Shown: positions 9,830-19,691, numbered from the stretch's first letter. The stretch: DNA of 64,000 nt from Candidatus Poribacteria bacterium (GCA_963665845.2 OY762492.1:3232001-3296000); one strand, 5' to 3'. Program-made: numbers and translations. The notes: generated from the letters alone by a model not told the origin.

Positions 9830-10939
9830 ATGGTCATGCTGAAGATTCGATTCGCCGCCTGTTTGACAGCCGCCTCGCTGCTGCTCTGCGCAAGTCTGCA
9901 GTCGGCGCATGCTGTCCTGCCCCTGCCAAAACCGAAAGAGGATGTTACGAAGCTGGACAAGCCGACCATCGCCTATGCAACGCCCGATGGGTATGAGATT
10001 CGCCTCATGGACTGGGACGGAGGAAACGACCGACTCTGGATGGGAGACGGAAAGGCGAGATTTTCAGGCGGCGCTTACTGGTCGCCCGACGGGAAGCGCG
10101 CCGCTGTCGTTGTGTTCGACGGCGACGACTGGAGCTACACCCCCTATCTGTTGGATCTCAGGACCGGCGGCGTCCAGAACCTGCTGGAGTGGCTTCCTGA
10201 AGGAGAGGGGGATTTCACACATCCCTCCTGGTCGCCCGACGGAAACTGGGTGACGATTATCGACTCTTGGCATATTACGAATGTCATCCTAGCATCGAAC
10301 ATCTATAAGGTGAATGCGCACAACGGAAAACATGTTCAACTGACCGATTTTCCGCGGAGGTATCCTTCATCTGGATCCCCGTCTTGGTCGCCGGACGGTC
10401 AAAAAATTGCGTTCGACGCATTGGAAGAGCCGCGGATGGCGAACGACGCAAAAGTCAAATACGATGTCTATGTCATGAACGCTGACGGGTCGAATATCGT
10501 CAATCTCACCGATCATCCGAAAGCGGATCGTTGTCCGTCTTGGTCGCCGGATGGACGGAAGATCGTATTTGAATCCTTGCGCGGCGATCCACGGAACATG
10601 GAACTGTATATGATGAACTCGGACGGGTCCCAAGTGGAGCGGCTCACAGACAGCTCCCCCTATGTCAGCCATGCGGTATGGTCGCCCGATTCGAAGTGGA
10701 TCGCTTACTTCGGCGGCTCTATTGATCCGAACGATCCAAAGCCGCTTGGCATATACCTCATGCATGTCGCGACGCGAAAGGCGAAGCTGATCAAGCCCGA
10801 CGGCGATTCTCCGACATGGGTTTTGGCGGGCAAGAGCCGTTTTCTCTCCATCGATCTTTCGGGCAAGAAGCATGAACAGTGGGGAGACATCAAAGAGGCG
10901 GACGCGGAGGCGCCGCAAGAGAACGGCTCTGAAGAATGA
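9830..10939 (+). CDS. Secreted TolB-like/PD40 beta-propeller protein with a C-terminal WGDIK motif
   Basis: Signal peptide; repeated WSPDG; YVMNADGS; SIDLSGKKHEQWGDIK near the C-terminus. Confidence 0.88.
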   Translation: MVMLKIRFAACLTAASLLLCASLQSAHAVLPLPKPKEDVTKLDKPTIAYATPDGYEIRLMDWDGGNDRLWMGDGKARFSGGAYWSPDGKRAAVVVFDGDDWSYTPYLLDLRTGGVQNLLEWLPEGEGDFTHPSWSPDGNWVTIIDSWHITNVILASNIYKVNAHNGKHVQLTDFPRRYPSSGSPSWSPDGQKIAFDALEEPRMANDAKVKYDVYVMNADGSNIVNLTDHPKADRCPSWSPDGRKIVFESLRGDPRNMELYMMNSDGSQVERLTDSSPYVSHAVWSPDSKWIAYFGGSIDPNDPKPLGIYLMHVATRKAKLIKPDGDSPTWVLAGKSRFLSIDLSGKKHEQWGDIKEADAEAPQENGSEE

Positions 10940-11114
10940 GCGGCGCGGGGATGACGAACGGAAAAACGAAATGACAGCGCCCGGGTCGCTGTCTTTCCGC
11001 TACTCATCGCTGTTCTTTCGCGATGACGCCCCAACTTTACGCATGAGGTCTGTCCCTCCGCTATCTACAGCCCGCAGGATGTGGTAGACTTGTAAGCGGC
11101 GGAAGGGCGGGCGT

Positions 11115-12359
11115 ATGGCGCTGGACGGCAAGAACATTCTGCTGGGTGTAACCGGCAGCATCGCCGCGTACAAGGCGATCGATCTGACCAGCATGCTGCG
11201 CAAAGAGGGCGCGGACCCGCATATCGTCATGACGCCGAGCGCATGCAGGTTTGCCGCGCCCGCCGCGTTTGAGACGATTTCGCGCAACCCTGTTCATCTG
11301 GACGCTTTCGACAACGCGCGCTGGGAGCCTGAGCATACCCGCCTCGCGGACGACGCGGACCTCGCCGCGGTGATTCCCGCGACAGCAAACATTCTCGCTA
11401 AGTTCGCCCACGGCATCGCCGACGATCTGCTCTCGACGCTTTTGACAGCGGTTCGCTGCCCCGTTCTGGTCGCGCCGGCGATGAACGTTCATATGTACGA
11501 AAGCCCGATGACGCAGGCGAATCTGCGCGCCTTGACAGGGCTGGGGGTCGTCGTCGCGGAGCCTGAAAGGGGACCTCTCGCGTGCGGGTATGAGGGGGTC
11601 GGACGGCTGCAGTCGGTTGAACGGCTGCTGGAAGCGTTGAAACATTTGGAGGAGCGCTCGTTTTACAGGTCGGGCGTCAAGCGGGATATGGCGGGTCTGC
11701 GCGCGCTTATTACGGCGGGACCGACGCGCGAGCCTCTCGATCCGGTGCGTTTCATCAGCAACCGCTCCTCCGGCAAGATGGGCTATGCGATGGCGGAGGC
11801 GGCGCATGCGCGCGGCGCGGAGGTGACGTTGGTGTCGGGCGCGGTCGGTCTGCCCGCTCCGCGCGGGGTTGAGGTGGCGTCCGCGGAGACGGCGCGCGAG
11901 ATGCTGGACGCTGTCATGCGCCGTATCGCGTCGGTCGATCTGGCGGTCTTCGCGGCGGCGGTGGCGGATTATGAACCGATGGAAGCGGCTCCGGATAAAA
12001 TCAAAAAAGAACAGGATCGGATCGCCTTGACGCTGCAGAAAACGCCCGACATCGCGCTGGAGGCGGGTCAAGCGGACGGGAACCGCTTTTTGATCGGATT
12101 CGCCGCCGAAACGAACGCCTTGCCGCAGGGCGGCGTTCAGAACGCGCGCCGTAAATTAAACGAAAAAAATCTGGACATGATCGTTTTAAACGATGTGACG
12201 CAGCCGGGAGCCGGCTTTGATGTGGACACCAATATCGTAACGCTGCTGGATCGGCAGGGCGGACGGACCGATCTGCCGCTCATGCCGAAACGCGCCGCGG
12301 CGCACCGCATTTTGGACGCGGCGATTTCTCAAATGAACGTCGACCGGAGCCGCCCGTGA
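11115..12359 (+). CDS. coaBC: Bifunctional phosphopantothenoylcysteine decarboxylase/synthetase
   Basis: [52 protein letters not shown]. Confidence 0.97.
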   Translation: MALDGKNILLGVTGSIAAYKAIDLTSMLRKEGADPHIVMTPSACRFAAPAAFETISRNPVHLDAFDNARWEPEHTRLADDADLAAVIPATANILAKFAHGIADDLLSTLLTAVRCPVLVAPAMNVHMYESPMTQANLRALTGLGVVVAEPERGPLACGYEGVGRLQSVERLLEALKHLEERSFYRSGVKRDMAGLRALITAGPTREPLDPVRFISNRSSGKMGYAMAEAAHARGAEVTLVSGAVGLPAPRGVEVASAETAREMLDAVMRRIASVDLAVFAAAVADYEPMEAAPDKIKKEQDRIALTLQKTPDIALEAGQADGNRFLIGFAAETNALPQGGVQNARRKLNEKNLDMIVLNDVTQPGAGFDVDTNIVTLLDRQGGRTDLPLMPKRAAAHRILDAAISQMNVDRSRP

Positions 12360-14611
12360 AAATCGGCGCGTCCGTTGTCGCTCTCTTCTCCGCTCTTTTA
12401 TTGACAGCGGCGCTGTCGGTCGGATGCTCCGACTCGTCCGACGCGCCCTCCAAAACGCCGGCGCAAAAAACTCCCGCGCCTAAGTCAACAACGACCGCTC
12501 CGCAGGTTTTACCGCGCGTTTTACCGCAAGGACGCGCGACCGCCGCCGACTGGCCGATGCATATGCGCGACGCCTCCCGTTCAGGCGCCGCCGCCCATTC
12601 AGCAGAGACGGGCAATTTGAAGCCTCCTTTTAAAACGGACTGGGCGTTCAAAACGAGCGGACGCGTCATCGCCAGCCCGATTGTCGTAAAAGGCGTCGTC
12701 TATGTCGGCTCAACCGACCAGTATCTTTACGCGCTGCATGCGGACAAATGGGGTGAGAAGTGGCGCTATCTGGCGGGCGGCGAGATCGTATACGCGCCCG
12801 CGTATGTGGACGGGGCGGTCGTCGCGGCGGATATGTCGGGCAAGTTGACGGGGCTGGACGCGGAGACGGGCGCGAAGCTGTGGGAGCGCTCCTTTAGTCA
12901 ATGGATCAGCTCGCCGCCTGTCGCGGCGGACGGGCTAGTCTGGGTCGGGCTGCATCCGAACGGCATCGCCGGGCTGAATCCGTTGACGGGCGACACCGCC
13001 TCTCAACTGCAGCGGCGCGCGACCATCGGCGGGGCGGCGCACTATTCGCGGCGGGGGGAACTGCTGCCCATTTCGCCGGCGACGGCTCCGCGCCCCGCCG
13101 GCAACTGGAAACACACATCGGTTGAGCCGGTGCGGGCGAACGGGTTTCTCATCGCCGCGTTCGGCGAGGGAACCTTGCGGGCGTTCGACAGCGCCGGCGC
13201 CTTGACTTGGGAGGATCGCGTCGGCGAAGGTTTTGAGGCGCCGCCGGCGGTCTGGGGCGGGCGAATCTATGCGGCGTCCGTTGACGGAAATGTTTACGCG
13301 CTGTCGCCGGGCGAGCCGCCGGCGGAGGCGGAGCAGGCTGATATGGCGGAGTCGACGCACAGCGCCTCTCCGACGCGCGCCGCGCCGAGCTTTGAGGCGG
13401 AGGCGGGGCCGGTTTTCAATGTCGGCATGCGCGTTCCGCTTTTAGAGAACCGCGGCGGATGGGCGCGCGTCAAAGACCCGAACGGCGAGGAGCGGTGGAT
13501 GGCGCCGAACAGCTGGGCGGCTCTTGAACGCGCCGAAAAAGGCGCGCCGTTTTTAGAAAACCGACTCTGGTGCAAGATCGACGGACGAATCGCGATGCCT
13601 CCTGGGGCGGAACAGCCTGTCTGGTCGCCGGACGGCAGGCGGGCGGCGTTTTACGTGCGCTCGTATGTCGGGTCGAAATACTGGCGCGCCTCGTCGATCT
13701 GGTTTTACGACTCGCGGAACGGCGAGACGCGGCGCGCGGCGGACGGCTTATTTATGAACCCGCGCCTCTCATGGTCGCCGGACAGCCGATGGGCGGCGTA
13801 TGAAATGTACGGCGAGGAGTCGACGCAGGCAGGCCCTTCGATCTGGTTTGTCAACGCGGAAAGCGGGGAGCCGCGCCTTTTGATTGAGGGGGAGGCGCCC
13901 GCGTGGTCGCCGACGCGCCATCAACTCGCGCTGGTTCAACGCCGAACCGAAGCGGACGAGCTGGCGCTTCTCAACAGCAACGGAACGGAGCTGGCGTATC
14001 CCGCCCGGTATGCGTTGAAGGGTCGGGTTGAGGATTACCGCCCGCATACGCTGCCGGCGTGGAGTCCGGACGGAACGCGGCTCGCCTTTGCGACAGGCGC
14101 CAGTTACCACCCGGACGGAAGGGCGCGCATCGGCGTTTCAGGCGTTGAGCAGAGCAGCTTTTCAACCTATCTCACGACGACGGCGGAGCGCATCTACGCG
14201 CTGACATGGTCGCCGGACGGGACGAAAATCGCCTGCGCAGTGAGCGGACACGGCGGCGAGAGCGCGGACGATCCCGACAGCCGGCGCATCGTCGTCTATT
14301 GGGCGGACGAGTCGAAGCCTGGGTTCGTCCTTCCGCATTCGCATCCGACCTGGATTGACGGGTCGCGGCTTGCGTATGCGCAGTTCCCGACGGTTCCGGG
14401 GGATCAGACGCGCGTTTGGGTGGTGGACGCCGACGCGCGGCGCAAGCATCTGGCATTGAAGACCCGCCTGAACGTGTCGGGGCTGCAGTGGATGGAGGCG
14501 CGGAAGCGGCTGGCGGTGTGGACGTCGGAGCGGCCGCGGAAGGACGGCAAACTTCAGGCGATGGAGACGCGCTGCTGGTTCGTCCGCATCTCTGACGAGG
14601 CGCAGTATTGA
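12356..14611 (+). CDS. Lipoprotein with PQQ-like propeller, SH3-like segment and TolB-like propeller
   Basis: Lipobox SVGC; PQQ-type repeats (VYVGSTDQYLYAL, LDAETGAKLW); GGWARVKDPNGEERWM; WSPD repeats. Confidence 0.8.
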   Translation: MKIGASVVALFSALLLTAALSVGCSDSSDAPSKTPAQKTPAPKSTTTAPQVLPRVLPQGRATAADWPMHMRDASRSGAAAHSAETGNLKPPFKTDWAFKTSGRVIASPIVVKGVVYVGSTDQYLYALHADKWGEKWRYLAGGEIVYAPAYVDGAVVAADMSGKLTGLDAETGAKLWERSFSQWISSPPVAADGLVWVGLHPNGIAGLNPLTGDTASQLQRRATIGGAAHYSRRGELLPISPATAPRPAGNWKHTSVEPVRANGFLIAAFGEGTLRAFDSAGALTWEDRVGEGFEAPPAVWGGRIYAASVDGNVYALSPGEPPAEAEQADMAESTHSASPTRAAPSFEAEAGPVFNVGMRVPLLENRGGWARVKDPNGEERWMAPNSWAALERAEKGAPFLENRLWCKIDGRIAMPPGAEQPVWSPDGRRAAFYVRSYVGSKYWRASSIWFYDSRNGETRRAADGLFMNPRLSWSPDSRWAAYEMYGEESTQAGPSIWFVNAESGEPRLLIEGEAPAWSPTRHQLALVQRRTEADELALLNSNGTELAYPARYALKGRVEDYRPHTLPAWSPDGTRLAFATGASYHPDGRARIGVSGVEQSSFSTYLTTTAERIYALTWSPDGTKIACAVSGHGGESADDPDSRRIVVYWADESKPGFVLPHSHPTWIDGSRLAYAQFPTVPGDQTRVWVVDADARRKHLALKTRLNVSGLQWMEARKRLAVWTSERPRKDGKLQAMETRCWFVRISDEAQY

Positions 14612-14626
14612 GTTCCGCCTCTCGCT

Positions 14627-14725
14627 GTCATTCCCGCCCTTGCGGTAAAACGTGCGGGAATCCAGAAGCGGCGCAGAAACCGCCGCGTTCGTATCCAACA
14701 TGTTCCAACTAAGCCGTAAGGTCGG
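14627..14725 (-). mobile_element. Partial MITE-like element in reverse orientation
   Basis: Reverse complement reads CCGACCTTACGGCTTAGTTGGAACAT...GAACGCGGCGGTTTCTGCG...GGATTCCCGC; the other end was not found. Confidence 0.6.
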
Positions 14726-14793
14726 CAGTTGCCCTTGACCCGTCTCCCGCTCTCTTTTAAGTTAAGAGAAACCGACTCAAACAGGAGCCGCGC

Positions 14794-16641
14794 ATGAAAC
14801 GCCGCCTTCATTGCCTATGCGCCTGCTTGTTGACAGCGCTTGCGTTCCAGGCGTTTCCGTCGCCTGAAATCTCGCGCCTCGGCCTTCCAGAAGGCGCCAA
14901 GCTGCGCATCGGCAAAGGTACCATCAACTCGCTCGCCTACTCGCCGGACAGCAAACGGCTCGCCGCCGCGGGCAGCCTCGGCGTCTGGATATACGACGCG
15001 CTCTACGGGAACGAGATCGCGCTGCTTCAGGGGCATACAGATTCTGTCAGGTCGGCGGCGTATTCGCCGGATGGAAAACGCATTGTCAGCGCAAGCAGGG
15101 ACAAAACGGCGCGCATCTGGGACGCCGAAACAGGCAAGACTCTCAAAACGCTTACAGGGCATACTTATTCGGTCAATTCAGCGGCGTATTCCCCAGACGG
15201 CAAGCGCATCGTCAGCGCAGGCAACGATTACACTGTACGTATCTGGGACGCCGAGACGGGCGCGCTTCTCAAAATGCTTGACGGGCATATCAGCGCGGTC
15301 AATTCAGCGGCGTATTCCCCAGACGGCAAGCGCATCGTCAGCGCAGGCAACGTAGCTGTACGTATCTGGGATGTGGAGACAGGCGCGCTTCTCAAAACGC
15401 TCGATGGGCATATTTATTCTGTTCATTCGGCGGCTTATTCCTTGAACGGTGAGAGAATCGCCAGCACAGGCGAGGACGGGAGAGTCTGTATCTGGGACGC
15501 CGAGACGGGCGCGCTTCTCAAAATGCTTGAGCCGCATATGTCGGGCGGGTTCAGTTCGGTCGCGTTTTCGCTGGACGGAAGGTATCTTGCCGCAGGAGAC
15601 CGCTCCAAAGTACAGCTGTGGAACGCTGACAGCGGCTCGCCTCTTCCGCCGTTTGAAGGAAACGAAAGCGTCAATCCGATCGCATTTTCTCCTGACTCTC
15701 ATTTTATTGCGGGCGTTCAATACAACAGCGGCATTCAAATTTGGAACATAGAGATCGGCGCTCTTGTCCGAACAATTGAGGGGCATATAGATTTTGCCAA
15801 GTTCGCCGCGCTCTCGCCGGACGGCAAGCGGATTGCTGTCGAATCGCAAAGACGCCGGCATATTCAGATACGGGATGTCGACACGGGAAAGCTGCTCAAA
15901 ACGCTGAAAGGATTGGAGCAGTGCCAATCAGCGGCGTTTTCGCCGGACGGAAAATCGGTCGTTGGCGCAGGTTGGGACGATGAGATACACATATGGAACG
16001 CTGACATAGGATCGAGTCATACGCTGAAACGGCATACAAGATCTATTACTTCAGCCGCGTATTCTCCGGACGGCAAGCGTATCGTCAGCGCCAGCTACGA
16101 CAAAACCGTACGGATCTGGGATGTCAGGATGGGAATCCTTCTCAAAACGCTGAGAGGGCATACAGGAATCGTCTATTCGGCGTCCTATTCTCCGGACGGC
16201 AAACGAATCGCCAGCGGCAGTTTTGACGAGACGGTACGCGTCTGGGACGCGGAGACGGGCGCGCCTCTCAACACGCTCACTGGGCATACAAGCATCGTCA
16301 ACTCTACCGCGTATTCTCCGGACAGCAAGCATATCGTCAGCGCCAGCTACGACAAAACGGTACGCGTCTGGGACGCCGACACAGGCGCGCTTCTCAACAC
16401 GCTTGACGGGCATACGGGCTACATCCGCTTAGCCGCGTATTCATCGGACGGCAAGCGTATCGTCAGCGCAAGCGACGACGCGACAGCGCGCATCTGGGAC
16501 GCCGACACGGGCGCGCTTCTCAAAACGATCAAAGGGCATAAAGGATGGGTCGTCTGGGCGGCGTTTCTGCCGGACGGAAAGACGCTGGCGACCGCAAGCC
16601 GCGACGGTACCGTCATCCTTTGGGACATCTCCGACCTTTAA
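14794..16641 (+). CDS. Secreted WD40-repeat protein (about 14 repeats)
   Basis: Signal peptide; N-terminal LPEGAKLRIGKG; repeated GHTxxVxSAAYSPDGKRIVSASxDxTVRIWD. Confidence 0.95.
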   Translation: MKRRLHCLCACLLTALAFQAFPSPEISRLGLPEGAKLRIGKGTINSLAYSPDSKRLAAAGSLGVWIYDALYGNEIALLQGHTDSVRSAAYSPDGKRIVSASRDKTARIWDAETGKTLKTLTGHTYSVNSAAYSPDGKRIVSAGNDYTVRIWDAETGALLKMLDGHISAVNSAAYSPDGKRIVSAGNVAVRIWDVETGALLKTLDGHIYSVHSAAYSLNGERIASTGEDGRVCIWDAETGALLKMLEPHMSGGFSSVAFSLDGRYLAAGDRSKVQLWNADSGSPLPPFEGNESVNPIAFSPDSHFIAGVQYNSGIQIWNIEIGALVRTIEGHIDFAKFAALSPDGKRIAVESQRRRHIQIRDVDTGKLLKTLKGLEQCQSAAFSPDGKSVVGAGWDDEIHIWNADIGSSHTLKRHTRSITSAAYSPDGKRIVSASYDKTVRIWDVRMGILLKTLRGHTGIVYSASYSPDGKRIASGSFDETVRVWDAETGAPLNTLTGHTSIVNSTAYSPDSKHIVSASYDKTVRVWDADTGALLNTLDGHTGYIRLAAYSSDGKRIVSASDDATARIWDADTGALLKTIKGHKGWVVWAAFLPDGKTLATASRDGTVILWDISDL

Positions 16642-16675
16642 ACCGAGTTACATGGTAAAAGAGCCGCTTATTTAA

Positions 16676-16798
16676 CCGACCTCACGTCTAAGTTGGGACA
16701 TGCCGGCGGGCGAACGCGGACGTCGCCTGCGGCGCCTCTGGATTCCCGCTTGCGCGGGAATGACGGTTCCAATGTTCCAACTTTATGCATGAGGTCGG
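16676..16798 (+). mobile_element. MITE-like element with imperfect terminal inverted repeats containing one REP
   Basis: CCGACCTCACGTCTAAGTTGGGACAT ... ATGTTCCAACTTTATGCATGAGGTCGG, with GATTCCCGCTTGCGCGGGAATGAC inside at 16741-16764. Confidence 0.75.
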
Positions 16799-16800
16799 AT

Positions 16801-17922
16801 TTAACGGTCGCGTTCTGGGTTGAAGTCGTCCAGCGGGATGGGCGTTTCTCCCGTCAAAATGCCCTCCGCGGCGATGCGCGCTGTCGCCGGGGCGAGCAGC
16901 CATCCGACCTTGTAATGCCCCGTTGCGACCCACAGCCCAGGGCGCAGCTCCCCGATATAAGGGTAGCGCCGCGCCGGCGCCGGACGCAGCCCCGCCCATG
17001 CCTGCAAGACGCGCGCGCCCTTGAGACCTGGCGCCGCCCTGAACGCCCCCTCCCGCAGCTGCTCTACGCCCTCCGGTGTGACGCTCTTGTCAAATCCCGC
17101 CTCCTCCACCGTCGCTCCGACGATGAACGTCCCGTCCGCGCGCTGCGCCAGATAGGTTTCCTCCGCGCTGACGACGCGCGACAACGCCCCAGGCGGCGCC
17201 TCCATGCGTAAAACCTGTCCCCGCACTGGACGCGCCGGCAGAAACAGCCCCGCGCGCTCCGCCAGCTCTCCCGACCAGCAGCCGGCGGCTAACAGCGTCG
17301 TCTGGGCGCGTCGTTCTTGCGTCTCCGCCTCCGCGCCGACGCACCGATCCTTCTCAAAAAGCAAACGGACAGCAGCCTCCCCCAGATGAATTTTCCCCCC
17401 AAGCCGTTCAAAAGCGGACGCGAGCGCTCTCAAAAAACGGGGCGGGCGTATCTGCGCGTCCCCAGGATAAAAACAGCCGCCCAGCGAATCGGGCGTCAAA
17501 AGCGGCTCCATCTCTACAACGCCCCTTGGCTCCAACCACTCAACCGACACGCCGCGCGATTGTTGAAACGCTGCCAGACGGCGCAGCGACTCGCGGGAGG
17601 CTTCGGTCAACGCGATCTGCAGCCCGCCGCAAGCGCGGTATTCAGGGTTGATGCCGGAAACGTTCATCAGCTCCGCCGCCAAGCGCGGATACGCCTGCAT
17701 GCTGGTCTGGGCGATCCATCCGTACGGGTCGTCCGTTGTGATGCGCTGGCGCAAAAATCCCGCCGCCGCCCATGACGCCTCGCGCCCCGCCTGCGCGTTC
17801 CGCTCCATGATTTCCACGCGCGCGCCGCGCTTGACCGCCTCATACCCCGCCATGAGACCGATGACGCCGGCGCCGACGATGAGCAGGTTAGGCTTTACCG
17901 GTGCCAATCGGCAATCTCCCAT
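16801..17922 (-). CDS. thiO: Glycine oxidase ThiO / DAO-family FAD oxidoreductase
   Basis: GAGVIG, ASWAAAG, PVRGQ, VGATVEEAGFD, WAGLRP, ATGHY; start uncertain. Confidence 0.8.
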   Translation of the reverse strand: MGDCRLAPVKPNLLIVGAGVIGLMAGYEAVKRGARVEIMERNAQAGREASWAAAGFLRQRITTDDPYGWIAQTSMQAYPRLAAELMNVSGINPEYRACGGLQIALTEASRESLRRLAAFQQSRGVSVEWLEPRGVVEMEPLLTPDSLGGCFYPGDAQIRPPRFLRALASAFERLGGKIHLGEAAVRLLFEKDRCVGAEAETQERRAQTTLLAAGCWSGELAERAGLFLPARPVRGQVLRMEAPPGALSRVVSAEETYLAQRADGTFIVGATVEEAGFDKSVTPEGVEQLREGAFRAAPGLKGARVLQAWAGLRPAPARRYPYIGELRPGLWVATGHYKVGWLLAPATARIAAEGILTGETPIPLDDFNPERDR

Positions 17923-18563
17923 CCGGCGCGGGAGGCGAACCAGCGCAGGCGCCGCTTCGGCGTCACCGCCACAGGCGTTTGAACGCGCTTCAACAGGGCG
18001 GCGTCCGAACGGCGGTCGGCGTAAGCGGTCGCTTCTGATAGGCGGAACCCATACTGCTCAGCCATCTCTTCGGCGATGGTCGCCTTATGTCTGCCCATCG
18101 GATGCAGCGCGGCGAGCCGTCCCGTGGCGATCCCGTCAGCTGTTTCAAGGACGGAAGCGCGGTAGCCGTCCGCGCCGAGATGCGCCGCGATGGGCGCGAC
18201 CAGCATATCCAGGCTGCCGGAGAGTATGAGGATCAGGTCGCCGTCCGCGCGCCGCTTGTTGATCGCTTCGTATGCGTCGGCGGCGATGCGCGCCTTCATC
18301 TCCGCCTCAATGAAATGCGCCGCGGCGTCCCGCAGCAGATCGATCGGCTTGCCGCTCAAATAGGAGCGGTTCGCTTTCAGGGCGCGGGCGGGGTCGCGCG
18401 GCAGGTCAGCCAGCATATGCGCAAACCAGCGCGCAAAATCCTTGAACTGAACGACGCCCTTTTCAATGAGATGCGCCGCAAACTTTTTTTCAGACGAACA
18501 GTCGATGACGGTGCCGTCAAGGTCGAAGATGGCGGCGCGGCGGGTTGGAGGCATACGCGGCAA
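17895..18563 (-). CDS. HAD-IB family hydrolase (SerB-like)
   Basis: FDLDGT, ILSGS, K, YADRRSD motifs. Confidence 0.85.
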   Translation of the reverse strand: MPRMPPTRRAAIFDLDGTVIDCSSEKKFAAHLIEKGVVQFKDFARWFAHMLADLPRDPARALKANRSYLSGKPIDLLRDAAAHFIEAEMKARIAADAYEAINKRRADGDLILILSGSLDMLVAPIAAHLGADGYRASVLETADGIATGRLAALHPMGRHKATIAEEMAEQYGFRLSEATAYADRRSDAALLKRVQTPVAVTPKRRLRWFASRAGWEIADWHR

Positions 18564-18648
18564 ATTCCCGGCGGGTCAAACTTGGCTCATAGGACGTACA
18601 TAATGCCAGACAACGCCGATTTCGTCAAGCGCGCCGCTCCACCCGGAT

Positions 18649-18815
18649 CGTCATTCCCGCGTAAGCGGGAATCTTAAGGCATCGCCGCGCCCGTCCTTTA
18701 AACCCCCTAGCCCCCCTTTTTAAGGGGGAATCAGAGGCGCGCCCATTTTCAAGGGGGAATCAGAGGCGCGCCCATTTTCAAGGGGGAATCAGAGGCGCGC
18801 CCATTTTCAAGGGGA
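18649..18815. repeat. REP plus C-run palindrome plus three tandem 29-bp units
   Basis: CGTCATTCCCGCGTAAGCGGGAATC at 18649; AAGGGGGAATCAGAGGCGCGCCCATTTTC at 18722, 18751 and 18780. Confidence 0.85.
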
Positions 18816-18863
18816 AGCGGGCGCAGCGCGCCGCGAATATGCCCGCATGGGCGTACTGCCGCT

Positions 18864-19691
18864 CTAACTGCCGCTCGGCGTCTTCAGCATGCCCCATGTA
18901 ACAGGCGCTCGATGCAGCGGGTTCACTGAAAAGGACATGTCCATCCATTGCTTCAATTCGGTCTCGTCCAGCGCGCGGTTGAAGAGCGCGAATTCGTCCA
19001 GAAGCCCCTTGAAATAGGAGCTGTTGTGCGCCCGTCCGCCGATAGAGGAGTTGTTGTCGTTGAAGATGATGGACGGGTTGCCCGCCCGAACCGCCATGCT
19101 GTCCGCTTCGACGCCGTTCACATAGATCGCCATGGTTTCGCCGTCGAAGGTTGCCGCCATGTGCGTCCACTGGTTTTCTTTGATGCCGAGATTCGGCAGC
19201 GTCAGTTTCGTGTCCACATCGGCGCCATCAAACGGTCCCATGCGGTCGGCGCCGCCGGGTCCTGTGTTAAGGTAGAGGCAGGCGCCGCTTCCGCCGAGCA
19301 GGACGAATTCGACCGAGTCGTCGCTCGCGCCGGATTTTTGGTAGATCATGTTACCCCATGTGTGGCATGTTCCGCCGTCAAAAATTTCGGACGGGTTCAC
19401 CCACGCCATCGCGGTCAACTGCTCAACATCGAGTCGGTCGTCGTCCGGGACGACCGCGATGCCCGATTCCAACTCGACGCCGCCTCCGACTCGTCCGTCC
19501 GCCCATTTGAAGTCTCCGTTGAAGGTCGCTTCAAAGTTGTTGGGGCTGCTGTCGGCGGCGGTTTCTCCTCTGCCCTCTTCAAAGGCGAGATAGAGAATGA
19601 GCGCGTCCTCGCGCGGCAGTTCATCGGCGGCGGAGAAGAAAGGCGCGGCAAAAAGAACGGCAACAGCGCATGCCGTCAAAAAACGTTTCAT
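18864..19691 (-). CDS. Secreted LamG-like jellyroll protein with a C-terminal TWGMLK motif
   Basis: Signal peptide from ATG 19691; LYLAFEEG, WTHMAATFDG, IYVNG, FKGLLDEFALFNRAL; SVNPLHRAPVTWGMLK. Confidence 0.88.
   Translation of the reverse strand: MKRFLTACAVAVLFAAPFFSAADELPREDALILYLAFEEGRGETAADSSPNNFEATFNGDFKWADGRVGGGVELESGIAVVPDDDRLDVEQLTAMAWVNPSEIFDGGTCHTWGNMIYQKSGASDDSVEFVLLGGSGACLYLNTGPGGADRMGPFDGADVDTKLTLPNLGIKENQWTHMAATFDGETMAIYVNGVEADSMAVRAGNPSIIFNDNNSSIGGRAHNSSYFKGLLDEFALFNRALDETELKQWMDMSFSVNPLHRAPVTWGMLKTPSGS

Larger units (their letters stand above)
9631..11050. mobile_element. Putative cargo-carrying MITE-like element enclosing the TolB-like gene
   Basis: Degenerate left end CTAACGTTGACGCTTGAGTTGGGACAT at 9632-9658 and right end CCCCAACTTTACGCATGAGGTC at 11029-11050; both match the ends of the short elements at 16676, 28191 and 29229. 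Confidence 0.55.

Noticed and set aside
16801-18563. Thiamine biosynthesis operon or TPP riboswitch
   Set aside because: No thiS/thiG/thiE and no TPP aptamer motif were seen near the thiO-like gene
18722-18815. 29-bp direct repeats as a mini-CRISPR or iterons
   Set aside because: Units are head-to-tail without spacers and derive from the C-run palindrome module; no rep gene is nearby
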